Assembly (NCBI GenBank): GCA_037444825.1
Contig: JBBILR010000008.1
Span: 17,450-81,449, forward strand
From: Acidobacteriota bacterium
GTDB lineage: Bacteria > Acidobacteriota > UBA4820 > DSQY01
Length of the DNA: 64,000 bases
Direction: 5' to 3'
The notes under the pieces are model-generated. The model saw nothing but the letters and a program-made list of their open reading frames with translations, searched no databases and was not told where the DNA came from. Both the position numbers and the translations under genes were made by a program. Each line of letters begins with the position of its first letter. Positions within the stretch are counted from its first letter, which is position 1. Positions 36,013-43,128 of the stretch are shown one piece after another.

Positions 36013-37319
36013 CGCTCGTCCGGGAAGCGCGGTACCGCCTGATGAAGGACCTGGTCCTCCCCGCGGCGCTGAGGGCGCGGGAAGGCAGGCGGAGGGCCCG
36101 GAAGGCGGACCCGCTCTTCGGCCCGCCCCTGAAAAGCGGGGCCGAGCTCAAGCGGATCATGGCCCGCCACTACGCCCTGGCGAGGTACGCCAAGGGGGCG
36201 CGCCCCGTGGCCTACGTCACCAGCGGCGCCCCGGTGGAACTGCTGAGGCCGCTGGGCTTCTACACCCTCTACCCCGAAAACCACTCGGCCCTCTGCGGGG
36301 CGCGGAAGGTGGGGGACCGAATGGCGCTCCACGCCGAGGCCCGGGGCTTTTCGCCGGACCTGTGCTCCTACGCCCGGATCGACCTGGGCCACGCCTTCTC
36401 CGGCGAGTCGCCGGCGGGGGAGTTGCCGCCTCCGGACCTCCTCTTCTGCACCACCAACATCTGCCAGACGGTGATGTACTGGTTCAAGGCCCTGGCCCAC
36501 CACCACCGGGTTCCGCTGGTGGTCCTGGACACCCCGTACCTCCACGGCGGCCGGGAGGAGGGCCCGGCCCTCCGCTACTTCCGGGACCAGATGGTGGAGG
36601 CGGTTCCCCGGCTGGAGCGCGTCGCCTGCCGGGACTTCGAGGAGGGCCGGTTTCTCGCCGCCCTGGAGTCCTCCCGGCGCGCCTCCCTGCTCTGGGGAAA
36701 GGTCCTGGAGACCCTGAAGGCCCGGCCGGCGCCCCTCACCATCTTCGACGCCTTCGTGCACCTCATGCCGGTGGTCTCCCTGAGGGGCCTGCCGGTGTGC
36801 GAGCGGTACTACGAGGGGCTCCTCGCCGAGGCGGAGGAGCGGGTTCGGCGGGGCGTGGCCGCGGTGCCGGGGGAGCGCTTCCGTCTCCTGTGGGACAACA
36901 TCGCCATCTGGTTCGCCCTGGGTTCCCTCGCCCGCCTCTTCGCCCGGGCTGGGGCCGTCCCCGTGGCGGCGACCTACACCCACGCCTGGGCGGAAACGGT
37001 CCAGGATCTCGAGGAGACGGACCCCTTCGACGGCCTGGCGAAGGCCTACGGCCGCATCTTCCTCAACCGCGACCTGGCCCACCGCCGGGACCTTCTCCTC
37101 ACCCTGGCCCGGGAGTACGGCGTGCACGGCGTGGTCTTTCACTCGGCCAGGTCCTGCAAGCCTTACTCCATCGGCCAGTACGACATGCGGGGCGCCCTGG
37201 AGGCTCAGCTCCCCCTGAGGACGGTGGTCCTGGAGGCGGACATGGCCGACGGCCGCGTCTGGTCGGAGGCCCAGGCCGAGACCCGGCTCCAGGCCTTCTT
37301 CGAATCCCTGGAGAGGTGA
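36009..37319 (+). CDS. 2-hydroxyacyl-CoA dehydratase family (HGD-D) subunit, and candidate plasmalogen synthase component
   Basis: Motifs include LFCTTNICQTVMYW, ARSCKPYSIGQ and LPLRTVVLEADMAD (the Fe-S dehydratase/reductase family C-terminal motif). The GTG start overlaps the upstream stop. Confidence 0.65.
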   Translation: MTLVREARYRLMKDLVLPAALRAREGRRRARKADPLFGPPLKSGAELKRIMARHYALARYAKGARPVAYVTSGAPVELLRPLGFYTLYPENHSALCGARKVGDRMALHAEARGFSPDLCSYARIDLGHAFSGESPAGELPPPDLLFCTTNICQTVMYWFKALAHHHRVPLVVLDTPYLHGGREEGPALRYFRDQMVEAVPRLERVACRDFEEGRFLAALESSRRASLLWGKVLETLKARPAPLTIFDAFVHLMPVVSLRGLPVCERYYEGLLAEAEERVRRGVAAVPGERFRLLWDNIAIWFALGSLARLFARAGAVPVAATYTHAWAETVQDLEETDPFDGLAKAYGRIFLNRDLAHRRDLLLTLAREYGVHGVVFHSARSCKPYSIGQYDMRGALEAQLPLRTVVLEADMADGRVWSEAQAETRLQAFFESLER

Positions 37320-37321
37320 GG

Positions 37322-38116
37322 ATGGACTGCTTCGCCGGCGTGGACGTGGGGAGCCAGGCGGCCAAGGCGGTGGTCCTGGACGGGGAGGGCCGCCTCTTGG
37401 GGCGGGCCCTGTTGGACACCGGCCCCGATTTCGGGAGGAGCGCCCGGCGGGCGCTGGAGGAGGCCCTTTCTCAGGCCGGCGCGCCGAGGGAGTCGGTGCG
37501 GGTGCTGGTGGGAACGGGCTACGGCCGGGCCTCGGTGCCCGGGGCCCACCGGGCCATCACCGAGATCACCTGCCACGCCAGGGGGGTGGCGTGGCTCTTC
37601 CCCGAGGCCCGGCTCCTCCTGGACGTCGGCGGGCAGGACAGCAAGGCCGTCCGCCTGGGACCCGGCGGGAAGGTGGAGGGCTTCGCCATGAACGACAAGT
37701 GCGCCGCGGGGACGGGGAAGTTCCTCTCGGTGCTGGCCCAGAGCCTGGGGACGGGAATCGAGGGCCTGGGGCCGGCGGGGCTGAGGGCCTCCAAGGAGCT
37801 GCACCTCTCCAGCACCTGCACCGTCTTCGCGGAGAGCGAGGTCATCTCCCTCCTCTCCCGCGGGGAGTCGGTCCCCGACGTGGCCCACGCCGTCCACGCG
37901 GCCATGGCGAGAAGGCTCGTGGGGCTGGTCCGCCAGGCGGGCCTCCAGGAACCGGCGGTCTTCACGGGGGGAGGGGCCTTGAACGCCGACCTGGTCCGCT
38001 CCGTGGAAGGTGCCTTGGGGATTCGCTTCCGCATCCCCGAGGAGCCGGCCTTCACGGGGGCGCTGGGGGCGGCGCTCCTGGCGCGGGAGGCGGCGCTGGC
38101 GCCTTCGCCCCGGTGA
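37322..38116 (+). CDS. BadF/BadG/BcrA/BcrD (HgdC-type) ATPase, a CoA-substrate-specific enzyme activase
   Basis: The product reads MDCFAGVDVGSQAAKAVVLD...MNDKCAAGTGKFL...VFTGGGALN. This is the acetate/sugar-kinase-fold activator with the cluster-bridging Cys. It starts 3 nt after the upstream stop. Confidence 0.8.
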   Translation: MDCFAGVDVGSQAAKAVVLDGEGRLLGRALLDTGPDFGRSARRALEEALSQAGAPRESVRVLVGTGYGRASVPGAHRAITEITCHARGVAWLFPEARLLLDVGGQDSKAVRLGPGGKVEGFAMNDKCAAGTGKFLSVLAQSLGTGIEGLGPAGLRASKELHLSSTCTVFAESEVISLLSRGESVPDVAHAVHAAMARRLVGLVRQAGLQEPAVFTGGGALNADLVRSVEGALGIRFRIPEEPAFTGALGAALLAREAALAPSPR

Positions 38117-38218
38117 GACGGCCCCTCTCGACGCCTCTCGCAACTTCCTCACGCTTCCGGCGTATACTCCCCTCTGACGTTTCGAGGGAACCCCTTTCCC
38201 CGCAAGAAAGGAAGGACC

Positions 38219-40120
38219 ATGACGAAGATGCTTCTGCTCCCCACCCTGGCGGGCCTGCTCCTCCTCGGCGCCGCCGTGAACGCCCTCTCCGCCGAACGGA
38301 CGGAGATCCCCGAGAAGTACCAGTGGAAGCTCACCGACATCTACCCCACGGAGGCCGCCTGGGACCAGGCCAAAAAGAACATCGAGAATCGGATCCCTCA
38401 GATGGCCGCCTTTCAGGGCCGCCTGGGCGAATCGGCGGGGACCCTGTACGCCGCCCTCTCCACCATGGCCGACCTGGACAAGGAACTCTCCCGCCTCCTC
38501 TCCTACGCCTCCATGCGCTACGACCAGGACACCCGCGTGGCCGCCAGCCTGGAGCGCCTGCAGGCCGGCGAGCAGGTGGCCGCGCGATTCGGCGCCGCCG
38601 TCTCCTACATCCGGCCGGAGATCCTCTCTCTGGATCCGGCCCGGGTGGAGGCCTTCGTGCAGGAAGAGCCCCGCCTGAAGGACTACAAGCCCTACCTCGA
38701 CAACATCCTGAGGATGAAGGACCACACCCTCTCGCCCGCCGAAGAGCAGGTGGTGGCCCGGGCCCTGGGCCAGATGGGGGGAACCGCCGACGCCGTCTAC
38801 GGCATCTTCACCAACGCCGACCTGCCCTACCCCGAGGTGGAGCTTGTAAGCGGCGAGAAGGTCCGCATGGACGCCGCCGCCTACACCAAGTACCGCGCGG
38901 CGGCCAACCGGGAAGACCGGATGCGGGTCTTCCGGGCCTTCTGGGGCAAGTACGCCGAGTTCAAGAGGACCCTGGGCACCACCCTCTACTCCGCGGTGAA
39001 GGGCCACATCTTCACCAAGGAGGTGAGGAAGTACGACTCCTGCCTCCAGGCTTCCCTGGACCGGAACAACATCCCCGTGGCGGTCTACGACCAGCTCATC
39101 GCCGACGTCCACAGGAACCTTCCGGTCCTCCACCGGTACCTCCGCCTCCGCCAGAAGATGATGGGACTGGACCAGCTCCGCTACGAGGACCTTTACGCCC
39201 CCATCGTCTCCAAGGTGGACCTCGCCTACACCCCCGAGGAGGCCATGAAGCTCACCCTGGACGCCTGCGCCCCCCTGGGCCCCGAGTACGTCGTCGCCTT
39301 GCGGAAGGGCTACGAGAGCGGGTGGGTGGACTTCATGCCCTCCACGGGCAAGCGCTCCGGCGCCTACAGCAACGGCTCCTGCTACGACGTGCACCCCTTC
39401 CAGCTCCTCAACTTCATGGGGACCTACGAGGACGTCTCCACGCTGGCCCACGAGTCGGGCCACTCCATGCACTCCTACCTCTCCAACAAGAACCAGCCGT
39501 ACGTCACCGCCGACTACTCCATCTTCGTCGCCGAGGTGGCCTCCACCCTCAACGAAAACCTCCTGCTTCACCACATGCTGAGGAACACGAAGGACGACGC
39601 CGTCCGGCTCTACCTCCTGGGGTCGGCCCTCGACAACATGCGGCAGACCCTCTTCCGCCAGACCCTCTTCGCCGAGTTCGAGAAGACCATCCACGACATG
39701 GCCGAGCGGGGGGAGACGCTGTCGGGCGACAACCTGAGCGCCCTGTACCTCAAGCTCCTGAGGGAGTACTACGGCCACGACCAGGGGATCTGCGCCGTGG
39801 ACGACCTCTACGGCGTCGAGTGGGCGTACATTCCCCACTTCTACTACAACTTCTACGTCTACCAGTACGCCACCAGCCTCACGGCCTCCACCTACATCGC
39901 CGACGCCATCCGGCAGGAGGCCCAGGGGAAGAAGCCCTCCACCCGGACCCGGGACGCCTACCTGAAGATGCTCTCCTCCGGTTCCTCCAAGTACCCCATC
40001 GAGCTGCTCCGGGACGCCGGCGTGGACATGACCACCAGCGCCCCCTTCGACGCCGCCATGCGGGAGATGAACCGGATCATGGACGAGATGGAGGCCATCC
40101 TCGCCCGGCACAAGAAGTGA
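38219..40120 (+). CDS. pepF: Oligoendopeptidase F (M3B family) with signal peptide
   Basis: The metal-binding motif HEXXH is HESGHSMH. The product is 633 aa. The signal peptide is MTKMLLLPTLAGLLLLGAAVNA. Confidence 0.85.
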   Translation: MTKMLLLPTLAGLLLLGAAVNALSAERTEIPEKYQWKLTDIYPTEAAWDQAKKNIENRIPQMAAFQGRLGESAGTLYAALSTMADLDKELSRLLSYASMRYDQDTRVAASLERLQAGEQVAARFGAAVSYIRPEILSLDPARVEAFVQEEPRLKDYKPYLDNILRMKDHTLSPAEEQVVARALGQMGGTADAVYGIFTNADLPYPEVELVSGEKVRMDAAAYTKYRAAANREDRMRVFRAFWGKYAEFKRTLGTTLYSAVKGHIFTKEVRKYDSCLQASLDRNNIPVAVYDQLIADVHRNLPVLHRYLRLRQKMMGLDQLRYEDLYAPIVSKVDLAYTPEEAMKLTLDACAPLGPEYVVALRKGYESGWVDFMPSTGKRSGAYSNGSCYDVHPFQLLNFMGTYEDVSTLAHESGHSMHSYLSNKNQPYVTADYSIFVAEVASTLNENLLLHHMLRNTKDDAVRLYLLGSALDNMRQTLFRQTLFAEFEKTIHDMAERGETLSGDNLSALYLKLLREYYGHDQGICAVDDLYGVEWAYIPHFYYNFYVYQYATSLTASTYIADAIRQEAQGKKPSTRTRDAYLKMLSSGSSKYPIELLRDAGVDMTTSAPFDAAMREMNRIMDEMEAILARHKK

Positions 40121-40141
40121 TCCCGGCGCCGCCCGCCTTTC

Positions 40142-40170
40142 TTGACAGGGAGGGGGGCCGTTGATAGATT
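40142..40170 (+). promoter_or_regulatory. Sigma-70-like promoter (TTGACA-N17-TAGATT) at the head of a ~225-nt GC-rich leader
   Basis: The sequence is cTTGACAgggaggggggccgttgaTAGATTc. It lies in the 276-nt gap between pepF and the downstream ORF. Confidence 0.35.
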
Positions 40171-40396
40171 CGGGGGGGCCGAGAGGCCCCCTCGGCCGGG
40201 GTTTCAGCGGCCCCGGTTCGAGGCGTTGTCCGGCGTCGGGGCCCGCGGGACCCGACGGGAACCGTTCGCCCCGCCCCCCGCGCCGAAGGGGCCCGGGGGG
40301 CGCGGCCCGGGCGGGCCAGGGAGGGAGGAACCGCCGGGCCCCAAACCTTTCCCCCACCCGCCGGCGGGACCGGCGGATCCCCCCAGGAGGCACCCC

Positions 40397-41914
40397 ATGA
40401 GCGAAGAGACCCCGCGCCCCGACGCCGCTGAGACCGAAGCGGCCGCCCCCGAAGCCGCGTCCGCCCTGACGGCGATGGAAGCCGCCCCGGCCGATTCGGC
40501 CGCCGCGCCGGCACCGGCCGCCACGGCCTCCGCCCCGCCGGCTCCGCCCGAGGAGCCCCCCGGGGCCCCAGAATCCTCCGTGGAGGCCGAGGCGGCGGAG
40601 GTCCCCGCCCAGGCCCCCGCCCTGGAGCCGGAGGCGGAGGCGGAGGAAAAGGCGGTGAAGAAAGGGCCCGAGCTGGACCGGGAGCGGTGGCTCCAGCTGG
40701 CCCGTGCCAACGCCGAGGTCATCCGGGCGGAGATCGTCAAGTTGAAGGAGCACCTCTCCCGGGAGCCCCGTCCCTCCTTCGCGGAGTTCTGGGCCCACGC
40801 CCGGGAGGTCACCTCCATGTTCAAGACCTTCCGCCCCATGGAGGCCAAGGAGCGGGAGGCCCTCTGGGCGGAGTTCCACGCCTTCTGCGAGGCGACGAGA
40901 ACGTTCCAAGAGGGGGAGCGCCAGAAGGTCCGGGAGGAGTCCCGCGCCAAACGGACCCTCATCGAGGAGAAGATCGCCGCCGCCGGGGCCTGCCTCTCCC
41001 CCGACGCGGGGGAGGAGGCCCTGGCCCGCGCCCAGTCCCTCCTCTCCGAGGCGCTGAACCTCATGAAGACCCACCCCGCCGCCGGGGCCGCCGCCGGGAC
41101 CGCCGCCGAAGAGGGGCCGGAGGCGGAGACCGTCCAGAAGCCGGAGATGGACGCCCGGCTCATCCGGGAGGACCGGGAGGCCTGCTGGTCCCGGTGGGTG
41201 GAGGTCCGGGAAGCGGTGAAGACCCGGCGCCGGGAGATCCGGAACCTGGTGCTGGGGGCCCTCAAGGCCCGGGCCGAAGGGTTCCTGGAAAGCGCCGGCG
41301 GGGACGACCCCCACGGCGTCCAGGCCTCCATCCGCGCCTTCCAGGGGGAGGTGAAGGAGGCCCCCCTGCCGCCCTCCGACAAGGAGCGAATCCGCACCAT
41401 CCTGCGGGCCGCCTGGAAGCGGGCCTCGGAGCGCATCGAGGCCTTGAAGGAGGAGCGCCGCCAGAAGCACGCCGAGTGGTTGTCCCGGATGACCGAGCAC
41501 CTCACCCGGTGGGAGGCGGCCCTCTACAAGAACGAGGACCTCCTCGCCAGGATCCGGGCGGAGGTGGAGGACCTGGAACGGCGGATTCAGGGGGCCCGGG
41601 AGCCGAGCGCGGCCGAGCGCTTCAAGGGGTGGCTGGAGGAGAAGCGCAAGCGCCTCGCCGGGGTGGAGGCCACCCACGCCGAGCTGGCGGAGAAGATCCG
41701 CGCCGTGCGGGCCAAGATGGGCAAGGAGGCGCCGCCCCCCCTTCCGCGGCCCGAGCCCGCGGAGGCCCCCGCCCGGCGGCCGCGCCGGGAGAGGGAGAAA
41801 CCGGAGGCGAAGCCGGCCTCCCCGCCGCCCAGCGCCGGCCTCAACCTCGGCGACCTCCTGCAGGAGAAGCTGGGGGACGCCCTGAAAAGCCTGAAACAGA
41901 ACGCCGAGTCGTGA
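40397..41914 (+). CDS. Hypothetical protein with an acidic Ala/Pro/Glu-rich N-terminus followed by a long coiled-coil (E/R/K-rich) region and a Pro-rich C-terminal tail
   Basis: AGGAGG lies 6 nt upstream of the ATG. No recognisable enzymatic motif is present. Codon usage is consistent with neighbouring genes. Confidence 0.5.
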   Translation: MSEETPRPDAAETEAAAPEAASALTAMEAAPADSAAAPAPAATASAPPAPPEEPPGAPESSVEAEAAEVPAQAPALEPEAEAEEKAVKKGPELDRERWLQLARANAEVIRAEIVKLKEHLSREPRPSFAEFWAHAREVTSMFKTFRPMEAKEREALWAEFHAFCEATRTFQEGERQKVREESRAKRTLIEEKIAAAGACLSPDAGEEALARAQSLLSEALNLMKTHPAAGAAAGTAAEEGPEAETVQKPEMDARLIREDREACWSRWVEVREAVKTRRREIRNLVLGALKARAEGFLESAGGDDPHGVQASIRAFQGEVKEAPLPPSDKERIRTILRAAWKRASERIEALKEERRQKHAEWLSRMTEHLTRWEAALYKNEDLLARIRAEVEDLERRIQGAREPSAAERFKGWLEEKRKRLAGVEATHAELAEKIRAVRAKMGKEAPPPLPRPEPAEAPARRPRREREKPEAKPASPPPSAGLNLGDLLQEKLGDALKSLKQNAES

Positions 41915-41938
41915 GCCTCGCCTTCGAGGGGTTCCGGA

Positions 41939-41970
41939 GGGGCCGGCGCCGTCCGGCCCCTTTTCCTTTC
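41939..41970 (+). terminator. Rho-independent terminator
   Basis: The sequence ggggccgg-cgccgt-ccggcccc forms an 8-bp stem and is followed by TTTTCCTTTC. It lies 25 nt after the stop of the 40397..41914 gene. Confidence 0.55.
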
Positions 41971-41974
41971 GCCC

Positions 41975-42277
41975 CTACGGTTTCACCTGGGCCAGGACCT
42001 TGAGGTAGTCCTCGTAGGGAAGGGCCTGCCAGCTCTCCACGTGGAGGGCCCCCTGGGCGCGGGTGATGAGGGAGACCTTGTGGGCCGATTCGGCGTCCGG
42101 GGCTTCGTAGACGTCCAGGAAGTCGTAGGGGCCGAGGATGGCGTAGTGGGCGAGCCACTTCACCTCCGGGCAGGCGTCTTTGACCTTCTTGAGCCATTCC
42201 CGGCCGCGGGCGCGGCGGCCCTCGGCGTCGTGCATCGTTTCCGGGGCGAGTCGGGTCATGAGGATGAAGATGGGCAT
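41975..42277 (-). CDS. GYD domain protein
   Basis: The product reads MPIFILMTRL...ILGPYDFLDVYEAPD and is 100 aa. The RBS reads AGGGGAGG. Confidence 0.65.
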   Translation of the reverse strand: MPIFILMTRLAPETMHDAEGRRARGREWLKKVKDACPEVKWLAHYAILGPYDFLDVYEAPDAESAHKVSLITRAQGALHVESWQALPYEDYLKVLAQVKP

Positions 42278-42408
42278 GGGAACCTCCCCTCGTTCTCTGA
42301 TGGGAAGGTAGTCCGCCGGCGGGGGGGGACGCAAGGGGCCCCCGGCGGGGGGAAAACGGAGAGGGCCGGCCCGCGAAGGGCCGGCCCCCGAGGGAACCGC
42401 TCGGAACG

Positions 42409-43002
42409 CTACTCGAGGACTTCCAGGACGATGTTGCCGGGGGACTCCTTGTTGACCACCCGGATGGTGTGGTGGCTCTTGGGCTTGTAGTTCACGTCCA
42501 GGGTGCGGATGCCCCTTACCCCCTTGTCGTTGAAGACGATGAACTTCAAGGTCTGGCTGCCCGCCGGGACCTTCAGCTCCCGCGTGACGCGGACGTCCTT
42601 GCCCGAGAAGGAGTGGTCCATGAGCGTGTCCTTGTCGGTCTTCACCTTGAAGGACCCCGCCTCCATGTCGGTGACGAAGATCACCCCCAGGAAGGCGTGC
42701 TCCTCCTTGGGCGGCGTCACCGGGGTCGTGGGCTGGACGGTGGCCGGAGGCTGGGTGGTCCCCTGGGTGGAGGTTCCGGAGGGTGGAGGGGTGGTGGAGG
42801 TGGAGGGCAGACGGGTGGTCGTGGTGGGCGGCTGGGTCCCGGCGGGGGGGCGGCTCTCCTCGCCGGCGGGCGGCGGAACGACGTCGTTGGAGGTCTGCTC
42901 GGTCTCTCCCTGAGGCTTGGGCTTGAAGAGGTTCGAGAGGTCGCAGGAGGCGAGAAGGAGGACGAGGACGGCACCGAGGATCAGGACGGCGGTTTTCTTC
43001 AT
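42409..43002 (-). CDS. Lipoprotein with a Pro/Thr-rich linker and a small C-terminal beta domain
   Basis: It has a signal peptide with lipobox (MKKTAVLILGAVLVLLLASC). The linker is PPPAGTQPPTTTTRLPSTSTTPPPSGTSTQGTTQPPATVQPTTPVTPP. Only the 3' 594 nt of the 1063-aa track ORF is real. Confidence 0.55.
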   Translation of the reverse strand: MKKTAVLILGAVLVLLLASCDLSNLFKPKPQGETEQTSNDVVPPPAGEESRPPAGTQPPTTTTRLPSTSTTPPPSGTSTQGTTQPPATVQPTTPVTPPKEEHAFLGVIFVTDMEAGSFKVKTDKDTLMDHSFSGKDVRVTRELKVPAGSQTLKFIVFNDKGVRGIRTLDVNYKPKSHHTIRVVNKESPGNIVLEVLE

Positions 43003-43128
43003 GGATCCACTCCCTTCCAGAACTGAGGCTACGCTACCACGGGGAAAAGGGCAACACAAGAGGGGCCGGAGAAACGGCGCTCTGGTATACTCCCCGCCCG
43101 GGTCCTGTCCCCCCGGAGGAGTACCGCC

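Noticed and set aside
37205-41677. A 1490-aa minus-strand ORF spanning pepF and neighbouring genes
   Set aside because: It is antisense to the activase, pepF and the coiled-coil protein genes. Its low-complexity translation is a GC artefact.
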